NCBI RefSeq assembly: GCF_026571515.1
Contig: NW_026864532.1
Coordinates: 434,001-489,210 of the forward strand
Direction: 5' to 3'
Origin: Ruditapes philippinarum
Taxonomy: Eukaryota
Length of the DNA stretch: 55,210 bases
The stretch's first letter is position 1. Every line of letters starts with the position of its first letter. A program made the translations under genes and the position numbers. Of this stretch, positions 23,033 through 36,400 are shown in pieces. The notes under the pieces are model-generated. The model did no database searches. It was not told where the DNA came from and saw nothing but the letters and a program-made list of their open reading frames with translations.

Positions 23033-26000
23033 TTGCAACCTGCTAATCTAATACACTGTTTGTTGTTCAAAAATTTTATCCCCTGCAAGTACTCGATTTT
23101 TGACCTGTCAATTGCAAATTATTTCATAAAACAGTAATTGAATATGTATGGCGCCGGTTAATTAGGGATATGCCTGAGATCTATCTTTTCATTTTGCGCG
23201 TGTAAAACAAATATTATGGCCATATTCCGACTGCGAAACCAATGCACAGTCATTCGTTAACTCATTGAATGAGAAGACTGATTGAGACAGTAGGAAAAAT
23301 GTGTAAACTTGTTATCAGAAGTAATAATGTTGACCACGACTGGTACTTTCATTGAAAAACAATTAAAAAGAAGTTACAAATACATGTAGCTCAATCATGA
23401 CTATTTGTATGAAATATCTAATTATCATGCAGTTAGTATATTTTGTGCACTGTCTACCCTTCTGATAAATATTTATCAATCTGGACAAGACAATTCATCA
23501 GTTAAGAGGAAACATGTCCTGACAGAATAGCGAACAGTACAAATCATGATGACAGATATCTTGATCCGCACAGGTTGCAAGGGCAGATTCTGTAGCCACC
23601 AACAGCTCTATATAGGATTCAAGACTTAACTAACAGCAGATTTTGATTTTTTTTCTCATCTATTTGTATAGATATGAACTTTAACTTTGAGCATAAAACG
23701 TGTACGTGAATACCCTAGGGAGTATTGGAAGAATAAATGAAACTTACAGACTCAGTTTTATTACGAATGTACATTTGCTTAATAAATGCATGCAGAATCA
23801 TATAGTGTATTGTTCTTGCTTCTGAAGAAGGCCATATCTTTGTAAACGTAATTTGTCACTTTATGACATATAGGTGATTGCTATTTTAATTCTGACCGAA
23901 AGTTCACATACATCATGGCAGTCGGAACATCTCGGCTTTTGTTTATAATAATATATCAGAATTTATTACATAACATTATAATATATCTAATTTATTCTCC
24001 CTTCTCATCAGAAGGAAGAACTGTGTTTGCTGAAACTCACTGTGATATTAAACTTCACCTAGAAGTCCAAAGCAATGTGGATGTAGATGGACTTTTTGAA
24101 GTTCTACTTTGAGTTAAGAGGTGGGTAGTAGCAGACGAACGTAAACGGTATAGTTAGGATCATTGAACAAACAAACGAAGCATAGTTTAGTAAGTGACAA
24201 AATGACAAATATGTTATATCTCATCATACATTTGATTTCGACTATGATATAACTGTCATTGTTGCTTGTTTTTATTTTCTTTTTCGTTTTCTGTAATAAC
24301 CTAGTGCTCCCCGTCCAATCGGACTAGTCAATATGTTTTTATATGGTCTAGTCTAATTCCCTGTCTGGAGAGTATTGTATGGGAAATGATCTCCAGGCTA
24401 CGTATAGTACATTGTATATTACATTTTGTAAATTGCACGGTCGGTTATAGTCCGTTTCTGGGTTAAAGCAAACAACGTAATGTTGGTTAGTGTTTTTTTA
24501 CAATTAAGAAACAAATTATTAGTGAACGACCATGGGTTTTCATTGTTAAATTTTGAGTGCAATTTCACACTGAGGGATATTAGAAATGAATGATGATTCA
24601 TTACAAGGAACATTTATTTTATCTTCTCAGGAATATATAAGCTATTATCAATAATTATCTGTATAGATAAATCTGTTTCCGGCTCCTCTATTTGTACTTC
24701 TGTTTATAATCATTTTTATGAATTTAGTGTTGCACTAACAGAAATTTTGGTCGGCTAAATTTTAATTATTGAATATATTAAAATCTCTTAAACTTCGAAG
24801 GAACTATTCCAAACTCAAAATAGGGCACATTCGTGAGTCAAATACTGCAGGTCGAAGGGTGAAGTACATGTTTTTTTGTAATTGTACGATAAAACGCGGA
24901 AAATAAATATGTTTTCAAATGACTATGAACAGGAACAAAAAAGAGACAATACATATTTTGTAATTGTTTAGTATGACTATGATACATTTGGCCATGTATA
25001 AATCTCTAGCCGCCACCGGTAGGCAAGTTATACTGCAGTTTAACTGATTTGATTTTAGAACTGTTAAAAAAACAATCAGCATGAAAACATCGGGACCTCA
25101 TATAGAATTACTGAAAGAGACAAACCATTAGCTCTTGTTAGTCTCTCTGGAACAATTAGTAAGAACTCGGTAATAAATGCATGCATGCAGACAAATTTGT
25201 GATATCAAACGTTTTTTTTATTTGCCGCATTCATCTTTTCAAAATATTAAACACACTATATGCTAATAATGCTAAGATAATAAAGAGAAACCAGAGATGT
25301 AAAGGTGAACGGCTGGATCCCTGAAATAAAATAATAATAATTCTTATAAATTTGGCAGTTTAATATTTTTTTCAGTGGACAAAACATTGAAATTTCTTAG
25401 TCTCTGTTAATTTAGTGTAAATTTTTCATACCCAAGCAATATGATAAATGCAATAATGTAGATGTTAAAACTCCCTAAATACTGCTGTTAACATGTACGG
25501 TTAAAAAGTATGGAGAACGTATGATTACAAAGAAAAAATAAACTAGAAACAAAGTGATCCCTCGGAAGTATGAGTCACAACAAAATTACATGAAAATTGC
25601 AGACTCGGTTTGATTGAGTCTGTACATGAGCGTTAATGAATAAGTGCAACAACCCTCACGCCCCCCTAGCACCGGCTGAGCGGTACTCAATTCTCAACAC
25701 TAAATAGCTGGCATCAATGATCCTGAAGGACCAGAAAAATATAAAGTTGGCACAATCCACTAAAGTTCTGTGAAATGTTGTTATTGTTGTTTTTGTTTGT
25801 TTGTTTGTTCATCCGTCCATCTGTTAGTTCGTTCGTTTGTTTGTGCTACTTATACTTTTCAAAAGGAAAAGAAAATCGGATGTTGTCATTTTCGACACAT
25901 ATAGATGAAAGAAAGTATGAAGTGTATTTGATACCGACAGAAGTTTATAAGAAGTTACGCAGTTGTCAGTCCCTTTGGGGAAAATAATCTATCTATTAGG

Positions 26001-26134
26001 CTGTTAAATTCCAGAGAGACTTTCAAGTTAGGTAAGAAATGTATATATGTACATCTGTAAGAAAATATCACGTAATTTGTGACTTAATTAGTTTTTAAAG
26101 TAATGCTTTCAGAGAGACTGAAGCTTATAAAGGT

Positions 26135-26450
26135 AAGATAAAGGATAAGATAAGATAAGACAAGATAAGTTTTATTTCAAGTCGGCAAGTTAACAACAGT
26201 ACAACATAAGCTCTAAGAGCTTTTATAACCGACTGTATTTAACATAAGGTATCATATCAACAATGGTTCAACAGCTGCAATAAAAAATTGATTAGGCATA
26301 ATATATACATAAAACAGTCCTTTTTTTAAATAAATGAATCATGTGCTAATAAACCAAAATGATAGTTTACTTCATTCTAGGTGTCTTCCCAATATAATTT
26401 TTCTTTAAAATCGTGCAGTTTTTCCAAAACTATACCCTACACAGGTTGTT
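26135..26450 (-). mobile_element. Possible 3' remnant of a LINE
   Basis: (GATAA)n microsatellite tail, minus-strand AATAAA at ~26171-26176, and an adjacent stem-loop (GTCGG/CCGAC enclosing AAGCTCT/AGAGCTT). Confidence 0.4.
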
Positions 26451-26677
26451 TTACTTCCCAAATTAGAAATTTTACTAAAAGTTTACCCAAACCAAGAGCT
26501 AAGAATTCAGGTCTCCTTCAAATTAATTGAAATATCCATTATCATAATAAGTTCGATAGCAAAACTATGGTTTATAGAGATGACTTTTGTCAATAAAAGT
26601 AACTTCACAGAAGAAGGTTTCTAAAGATTAACACCTCTTTTGCACATTTACAACTGTTTAGGTACTTAAATTTGTTC

Positions 26678-26700
26678 TCACGTGACTGTACAAAATGGCG
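26678..26700 (+). promoter_or_regulatory. E-box (TCACGTGAC) plus a YY1/TISU-like CAAAATGGCG overlapping the NOB1 start codon
   Basis: TCACGTGAC at 26678-26686; CAAAATGGCG at 26691-26700. Confidence 0.55.
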
Positions 26701-26757
26701 TCCGTCAAACACGTTGTTTTGGATTCTGGAGCTTTTTTACGAAATGCTAAAATTGAG
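26695..26757 (+). CDS. NOB1: NOB1 exon 1
   Basis: MASVKHVVLDSGAFLRNAKIE followed by donor GTATAA. Confidence 0.9.
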
Positions 26758-27370
26758 GTATAAAAATCGCGATAATATATATAATATCCATTTATTTGTT
26801 ACTTTGTATACAGTTTAATTTATTGTGTTGTTATGAAATATTTATGCACAATTTTATGATTTTTATTAACATTTCATAACAATAATTTATTGCGTGCAAG
26901 ACCGAATCGGGGTCAGCTCGGCCCTAAAACGTACTCGGCCCCCGAGTCAGCTCGGCCCTATTCCAACTCGGCACGGGTCAACTCGGCCCATAATTATATA
27001 TTACTGGTATTGATTACTTTTTAAATGTTTTCATCATAACTTTCATTGTTTAACATTTTCACAGTAATAGATATTGATTACTTTTTAAATGTTTTCATCA
27101 TAACTTTCATTGTTTAACATTTTCACAGTAATAGACCTCTACTCAAGGATATTGAAAAGTTTTATTGACAAAAGTACCAATTTGTATGTGAATTGTAGAG
27201 AAAGGAAGTGTTTACAATTTACATGCATGTTTTGTCTACTTAAAGATGTTTTTAGTAAAAAAAATATCGTTAAAACAGCATTGATCGTATAAAAGAACAA
27301 ACCCTCAAACAGGGTTTTATAATTACAATAACATTTATTGTCATAAAAATTCAATCCAAAATCAATATTT

Positions 27371-27449
<79 letters not shown>

Positions 27450-30400
27450 TGTAGATCTATATTCTTAACAAAGATAATTTAAAAAAAAATACTTACATGT
27501 ACACTGTCACCCTTTTCAATTTCTGTTTGCATTTGATCATACTTTTGAATACTTTTATAATAATTTACTCCTTAAATGTTATATTAACTAAACAATCTAT
27601 ATCCTAATATAAGTTTTAAAAGAGGGCCCAGTTGACCCATGCCCAGTTGGTATAGGGCCGAGTTGACCCTTTACCTGCAAGACCCATATACCACCTTACC
27701 CAGCCCTTGTCAACTTTCAAACAGTATAGTTTGTAACACAATTGGTCACTGTATCTGTTGGTGCTATATCTTGGAATAGACCCCTGTTTTAGGCAGGTGT
27801 CACAGGTGATCACATTTCTAACTTCCATAACTTTAAATGTCACTTTTAATAAAGTTTTATTTTGATGTTGTGGGCAGAGCTCCAGATAATTTTTTTGGCC
27901 AAGGGATTTTTACCCCTCAAAATTTAAAGTGAGGGGTAAAATATAAAATCTGAAAAACTTAAGGGGTAAAATCTGTCAAAAAAGCATTTTGCATTTTTTG
28001 TAAACTTATTGTTTTTGTTTGTTTGTTTGTTTATTTTCTTTTTTTGGAAAAACCTTTAAAAATGAAATACTGATTCAATGTGAAGCAATACAAAACGTGC
28101 CCTGTAAAGTCAGACTTCCAGAGTATACTGGAACTCAAGTTTAGGATTCACAGCAAAATTATCAGGGCTTCCATTTTCAAAATTTGGAAGTCAAAGACTT
28201 AAAAATCTCTGATATTGGAAGTCACATTATATTGGTAAAGAAGGAAAAGTATTATATTTTCGGAAGTCACATGCCAAAATGAAGGAGTAAATGACTTCCA
28301 AACTTCCACTAGTGGAAGCCCTGAAATTAATACATGTATATTTTCTAGGAGTCAATATTTTTCTTTCTTTATTTCTGTTGGCATGTAGCTTATCATGTGC
28401 TCCAGTTTGAACAATTATAGTTGAAATTAGAATTAAAGAAAAATAAACAAGATTTTTTATCTTTCCTTAAAAAAGTATTGGTCTGAGAGAAAATTGTCCG
28501 TAACTGTAGACTGGGTACGAACATATTGAGTACAAAACTGCAGGTGAAAAACATGTTATTTTGTTCCAACAACAAAAGTGAAAGAAATTAAAATATATTT
28601 TTGTTTATCTTGAGACATAAGCATGTCAATTGATGCCTAAACAAACTGTTTACTCCTACGATGATTATCTGGCAAAAATTTATATCAATAATTTCACAAG
28701 TTGATCGACGGGAGTTACCTCCCTTCTGTACTTCCTGCTACTTTCGTTTTTAACATGCGTTGTTGACAACATAACTTTTAGTTTTCAATGCAATAAAATG
28801 GAAATATATTGTATTTTCATGCTCAAAACATCCTCTATCTGAATATCAAATGTTTACACTTCTATTCGTTTACGCTTAAGTTTTGACATACAAGCGTATT
28901 TTCATTTTGTTGTGCGTAACTTTGACGCACGAATTTTGAAAGTGATGCGTATTTTAGATTTTCTATGCGTATTTTACGCTTATACGCACGCTATCTGGAG
29001 CTCTGGTTGTGGGACAGCAAATACAATTAATATCCCGGTGTAACCTAAATTCGGCGGTATAAGAACAAATGTCAATGGCATTTTCAATAAACTACAATAA
29101 TCTATAATAATACTTGATATTATTTTACTACAACTATTTAAAAGTTACTTTTAAGTTGATTTCTAACAATGTAATCGTTCAGCGGTTGCCAAATAAAAAC
29201 AAATATGGCTGATGTAAAATCTTACTACGATCTGAAAACGTCACCTAATTCGGCGATTCTGATTGGTTGCAGTAAATTTTTAATTTTGGCGGGATTGTGA
29301 CGTAGTATGTTGACCTAGATCAGCAGTAAAAATAGTAATATAACAGATGGAGACTGTCAAATTGATTAAGCAACAATATCAATCAAATAGAGGAAAGTAT
29401 AGATAAACTTGAAATTGCGTCAGGTAAAACACAATTTTCTCCATGTCATACACAATTTTTAATGTTTACCAGCCGTATCTCCATCTTTAGTGCAGGAAAT
29501 CACTCGAGTTGTAAAAATACACCGTGGGACATAAATATGATTGACCTTCACCTCTGAAATCTCACATGAATGACGAAAAACAAAACATTGCCGAATTTAG
29601 GAGAACGCCGAATTTGGGTTACGGTAGGATACAATAGGGCTTAAAACATGTTTGCTGAAGTCTCTTTAGCTAAGGTGATGATTGAATCAAGACCAGCTTG
29701 GCCTAAATTCAATCTGTGTCTGATAAGTTGGATCGTTTCAATCTCCGAACTTCCAACATTTCACAAGTGAAACATCAAAATCTGGCTCACTGTTTTCCAG
29801 AATCTGATGATGTAGCCCATGCTTTACTTACCCAGTTTTCAAAGAGATATCTACTTTTCCTGATTTTTTTCATTTGAACACTTGGCAATTAAAAAAAACT
29901 TTCACTTTAAATTTCTAACATTTTCACATAATGCCTGTGTAGAAAAAAACAACAACATGAAAATCATAGGGCCTTTTTTCTTTTGAGTACTAGAATTTAG
30001 AAAAATGTTGAAGAATATTTTGTGGCCGTGTCTGAGACTTTAAAGAAAGCAATACTGATATGAAAGTGAAAGGAGATGTTGATAAATCAAACTGGAAAAA
30101 TGGGTATATTATATTTTGAAAATTTCAGCATCTGAAATCAATAAAATTGATCACAAGATTGTTTATACTTATTAATACTAGGCTTATTTTATTTTAAATT
30201 AACATATTACTTAAAGTTATATTGAACATTATATGAATTTCAGAATATATCTAACAATGTTTACACAATATCTGAAGTGGTGTCAGAGATTAAAGATAAG
30301 GCCACTAAGCAGCGACTTCAGGTCCTTCCATATGAGTTGATTTTCAAAGAGCCTTCATCTGATGCCATCAGAATTGGTAATATTCAAAGTTTACTTGCAA

Positions 30401-33400
30401 CTTTCTACAGTGCTGGAATTTCTTAATTATCATTTTTGTGTCGCCTTGAAAAGGTGACATATAGGGGTTACTTTTGTCGGCGGTGTCGGCGGCGGCAGCG
30501 TGACACCGCCGACGGCGTCTGTGTCGGCGTCGTTGTCGGCGTCCCCTAAAGCTTGTCCGGAGCATAACTCAGTCACTATACGTTTGATTTACTTCAAACT
30601 TGGTATGCATGCTTCTTTCAATAACCCGAAGTGCAGTGCACAAGGACCGGTACTCTGCAGTTCTTATTTTTTGAGTTATTGCCCTTTGTTAACTTTCATA
30701 CTTTAATTTTGTCCGGGCCATTTCTCTTCAACTAAAAAAGCTATGGACTTGAAACTTCATAGGATGATAGATCTCATTAAGAAGAAATGCAGTGCACAAG
30801 AACCAGTACTCTGCACTTCCTAATTTTTGAGTTATTGCCCTTTGTTAATTTTCATACTTTATTTTTTGTCCGGGCCATTTCTCTAATGTATAAAAGCCAT
30901 GGACTTGAAACTTCATAGGATGATAGGTCTCATTAAGAAAAAGTGCAGTGCACAAGAACTGGTACTCTGCATTTCTTATTTTTTGAGTTATTGCCCTTTG
31001 TTTATTTTCATACTTTAATTTTGTCCGGGCCATTTCTCCTTAAGTATAAAAGCTATGGACTTGAAACTTCATAGGATGATAGATCTCATTATTATGAAGT
31101 GCAGTGCACAAGAATCGGTACTCTGCATTTCTTAATTTTTGAGTTATGGCCCTTTGTTAATTTTCATACTTAATTTTTGTCCAGGCCATTTCTCCGAAAG
31201 TATAAAAGTTATGAACTTGAAACTTCATAGGATGATAGATCTCATTTAAAAGAAGTGCAGTGCATAAGAACTGATACTCTGCATTTCTTATTTTTGAGTT
31301 ATTGCTCTTTGTTGATTTTCTTACTTTATTTTTGTCCTGGTCATTTCTCCTCAAGTATGAAAGCTATGGACTTGAAACATCATAGAATGATAGATCTTAT
31401 TGATAAGAAGTGCAGTGTACAGAAACTGCTGCTCTGCACTTATTATTTTTTTAGTTATTGCCCTTTGTTATTTTTCATATTTCATTTTTGTCCTGGCCAT
31501 TTCCCCTAAACTACATTGTTCACAAGGCGACACATCCGACTCGCGGAGTTCTAGTTAATAATTATGATTAATTTATTTGTACACTGTAAAACAAATACAA
31601 GCAGTATTTTCTATCTTGTTAAGATAATCACTGATGTTCATTAAATGTATCTCATGGGCACTGGGTAGTGTTTTGCAATTATGATATTGTAAACTCAAAT
31701 AATTGTTAGCACAAATAAAATAACTTGTTCATTTGACATATGCAATTATTTTCCAATATAACATTTTCTAAGATCACAATTTTTTTTGTTTATTGGGGTA
31801 TACTTTTTATCAATTTGCTGTCCATGAGCAAATTTACCATAGTTAATTTCAATAGTAACTTTTTTGTTTTTGATTGACTGATAACTTAAATATTTACATT
31901 TGTAGTTTGTTGGCAACTTTCTGCCTCATGAAGATGTGGTTTCAGCTTGATTATGTCAAGGTCACTGAGGCTAAAAATAGATTTTCCATAGAATTGGTTT
32001 AACTTTCAGTAAGATAGAAGAATGTCCACTGTTGTGACAGATAATCTTGTTTCTATTTTGGTAACATGACCATATGGCAACAATGTTAAAGCCAGGAATA
32101 ATGTATGTGTAGTTAACGTTGAAAATGGCATCATGACCAGTACCAAGAGTCTGAAACTATAAGAAATATTTCTCTGTCACATTTAATGTATTATAATTTA
32201 TTGAATATTCATATATAAGAATGAATGATGATGTATCTGTATTTTTCAGTGACTGAGTTTTCGAAGAAAACTGGAGACTACAGGAGTTTATCTGCTGTTG
32301 ATATTAAAGTTATGGCCCTTGCTTATCAGCTAGAAAAACAATTTGTTGGAACACAACATATAAAAACTGAGCCAGATAAAAAGGTTTGAAAATTATTTCA
32401 TGTTTAATAAATACAAATTTTTATGCAGTAAAACATTATTTGAGTATTTTCAACTGGATTAGTTAAAAGAATGTTAAAGTTTGTTTAGGATTTAGAAATG
32501 GGGGATATAAATTTCAAGAAACAAAATATGGAAAAATTTCATGTGTGTATTTAAAAAAAAAAATATTTTGATTTTATCATATAAATGCTGCCTACAGTAT
32601 GAAAATACTACATTAAAGGAAATCTTTTTTATCTTAAAGTTACATTGTGTTACTATGGTAAATAAGATGTATTCATAGTTGTTATGTTAAAGCTACTATC
32701 CAACACACTATAGTTTGGGCGTTTTTGAAATAAAATGTTATCAAAAGATAAAATTTCACCACAGACTCATACATTTATATGGAACGAGATAATTGATCCA
32801 TGTTTTATCCCCCTTAAAAACATCAAAGTAATATTTTTGATGTTTTATCCTGCTGTAATTTTTAAACTGTTGCAATGTTTTATTTTGTAAATATTGACTA
32901 ATATTATTAACACACCTGTTAACTGGTTGCAAGTAGAGCAGTTGCTTGTGGGTAAAACAATTGTGTACTTGGTAAGTTTTTTATTCTGCAAACAATTACT
33001 GCACAATATATCATAAAAAATTATGAAGTCCTATAAAAAGAGACAAAAAAGAAAAACACATCTTGGTATCTGGTTTAAAACTGATATTTAAAACGTAAGT
33101 TCTACCTATATTAAACTGTCCTACAAGGTATATGTTCACTGTTGTGATGATTGGGGTGTTTATATGGTATGCCAAGTGAAAGGTAACAACTGTAAGGTCA
33201 CAATTATCTCAAGAAAACGGCAAATTTACTTCTATGCATATTTAATAATGGTTAACAAATATGTTGATGTTTTAGAACTGTTTTATATGGGAGAGTAGCT
33301 TTCAGAACACATTCATTATTTCTTCAAATTCCAACTTTGTTTTTGTTTCATAATCAGAATATTTACAAGACAAAAGAGCATTGACAAAAAATGAAATATT

Positions 33401-36400
33401 AAGGTCTATTATATACATACATATAAAATTATATTCTCATTATTCTAGATTGAATGGAATGCTTCAACCCGACCACTTGAAAAGGCAACTGATATTGCTG
33501 GTTTCTATGTTAAACCTAAAGTAAGTTGTTGTTTGTTTTTGTAATGCAAAAGAAACTTGCTGTTTTAAACAAGTAACTGATATCTTATTGTCTTCACAGG
33601 CACTACACTACATATACTACCATTTATTTTGGAGTAAAAATGTTAAAATAATTAAATAGATTATTCACCTATTTCGATAGATCCACTTCATTTATGGGAT
33701 AATTTTTTAGATATATGTTTTAAAAGCACTTTGCATGTAGTCCTCTAGTTAGAATTAAGAGAGCAGTTTTTTGCATCAATTAATGTCTTGTTTTGTGTAT
33801 TTTTTTATTTTTTTTCTTACAAAACAGACATTTGTTAGACAAACATGAAATGCAACCTGCTTTGAAATATGTGAAACGAAAGAATGTAAAAAATAATGAG
33901 AAGCGGTCTTGAAAGTAAAAATCAAGTCATATTAGTTTATATGTTGCTTATGTGTTTAGAAAGCAGTTAAATGGTATATTGAAACCTGATCTGAAGTATA
34001 TAGACAACAGTTTAATGTGTTTAATGTTAAAACTATGTTTAAGGGCCTCCTAAAATCACAATCGATACTTGTATATGTACATGTATATGTTTCCTTGTTA
34101 CCCTTAGAAACCAGCAAGTTCAAGGACAGTGTCAGAATGTTCTTCCATCAACCCTGATGTTACAGATCTGAGACCAGATGATGTTCCTGACATTGCTGTC
34201 GCAAATCATCAAGAATCTAAAGACAATGAAACAGATACACTTACTAAGAATACAGCTGAAAGTACAAATAATGTAGAGGAAACAACCAACATTTCACAAA
34301 ACTGTGTAAATGGTTCAACTGAAAATGATAGAACTGAAGTAGATTCGAAAGAGGACAATTCTGAACCGTGTAAAACAGTTGAAGAATTAGGAGAAGGGGA
34401 TGTAGTTCCTGATGATATGATAGGGGAGGAGTCCGACAGTGGCGAGGATGAGAAGGAGGATGAAAATGATGATACTGATGATGATGACGATGATGATGGT
34501 TGGATAACTCCTAGCAATATAAAATCTGTGAAAGAGAAAATGGGTGGCACTGATGTAGAAAAAACTGAAGTTTCTGTTGGTTGTTTGACTACTGACTTTG
34601 CTATGCAGGTACTGCTTTCTATCCCTTAAAGGCGCATTTTAACTCAGAAATCCATATTTTTTTAATTCTTCAGAATGTCAAACATGTGTTTAAAAACTTA
34701 AAAATGTTTTAATGATGGATTATGTTAGATGTTAAACAACTAAAGAAAATAGCACTGATGCCATGCAGTAATGTGACATAAAGGTTGCAAAATGTAAACA
34801 AAGTTGTATTTTGACTTCCATACAAAACACTAATTCATTATAATTATACTTGTTGCTAATATAGTAACAGAAAAAAATGATAGTTGATCTATGTGGCAAT
34901 TATTTGGAAACTGTAACAATATACTGGTACCAAAAATAAAAAGTTTGAGGCCTTGAATGGGCCTTTAAATTATGCCTCATCACATTGTTTATATTATAGC
35001 ATAGGAAGAAATAATATATGTAATTCAATTGGTAAAATGTTATTGCAGACAAAATATAATGTAACCTTGATTTACAACAGTGTTCTAAGATGCTTAAAAA
35101 ATTTTAGATAGTAAAAGAAAGCCTTGTGTCTCACTGTCAACACACCTTCAAATATAGTCTTATATTGAAATACTTTCAGAATGTATTGATACAGATGGGC
35201 CTAAACGTAATCTCTGTAGATGGTATGCTGATCAAGAGAGCTAAGAGTTTTGTCCTCAGATGTTTTGCTTGCTTTAAGTATGTCTTGTTAAATATTTTTT
35301 TTTATCTATTAGTGTCATTTTCATTATTGAAAGACTATTGAGGCTTGTTGATGTAATATCTTTTTGCATACTGATCTCTCTTCACATGTATATGAACGTT
35401 GATGGCGTCCGTGGCCAAGTGGTAAATGTCCTTGACTTCAAACCACTTGCTCCTCACAGCTGAGGGTTCGAATTCCCATGGGGATTTTGGATTCTTTCAT
35501 GTGAGGAAACTATCCAGCTAGCTTATGGAACATCAGTGGTTCTACAGGGGTGCCTGTTTGTACCTGAAATAATGCACTTAGGGGTACCTGAGGTCTTCCT
35601 CCACCAGTAAAGTAGCAATATGGCCTTGGGAGGGACGTAAAGTCGAACCAAAAAATATACTTATATAAATATGATCAGAGAACTGTAACATACTTAATGT
35701 TTTGTCTTTAGTTAGAAAGAATATATGATGTAATTATGCTATTTAAACTAGCAGCTATAAGATTCCTACAATATAAGTAGAGTCAGACAAGCCTGTCCTA
35801 CCATATTATTAAACTCTTGATGGGCTATTCCAAATTTTGAAGCGGTCCAAGATCATTGCATACATTGAGTATGGTCTGGGCTAAAAAAACTGTGCTAGAA
35901 AATGTTCTGTGTTGTTTTCTTCAATATATATGATTTAATCATCAGGTGATCAAAAAGTTCTTTGTTATAAAACTCTGTTTTGATCTTCTATTTTAGCTGT
36001 TATGTAATTGTGACAAAGCATTCTTTAGCAAGTATATTTCTTTCCAACAGAATAACCACACATGTAGAAAAGACATTTTGTCCACATTGTGGTAATAAAA
36101 CACTTACCAAGGTCTCCATGACAGTCAATGATGATGGTTCCATCAAGTACTTCCTGTCCAGAAGAAGACCCATGAATACGAGGGGAACCAAGGTATGGCA
36201 ATTTCAAATTACTGCAACTTGGGACCAATATTTTAATGTTCTACTGAATAGAGAAAACAAGAGCCCGGTTTGAGCCGGGTGATGCTCCCCGAATAGGTTT
36301 TGGACACAGGAAAGTACACCTCTTGTAGTTTCAGAGTTATGTCCGTGGAAAAAGTTCAAAGTGCAATAATTCTAAAATTAGGCAAGGCAGAGTTACAGTT

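Larger units (their letters stand above)
17425..24135 (+). repeat. Tandem segmental duplication (unit 1 ~17425-20690; unit 2 ~20692-24135)
   Basis: Colinear high identity through SINE, upstream region, lipase CDS and downstream sequence; both units end in GAAGTCCAAAGCA...TACTTTGA(A/G)TTAAGAGGT; unit 2 has extra sequence at ~23830-24050. Confidence 0.92.

Noticed and set aside
30368-30565. Arg/Ala-rich ORF resembling a protamine-like protein
   Set aside because: It is the translation of the GC microsatellite at the end of a Helentron-type element, antisense within a NOB1 intron.
30845-31509. Repeated ORFs containing FLCTAL (also 9315-9826 and 5980-6168 in satellite-type repeats)
   Set aside because: Incidental frames through satellite monomers.
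34209-34550. Ser-rich antisense ORF
   Set aside because: Mirror of the acidic NOB1 exon 5.
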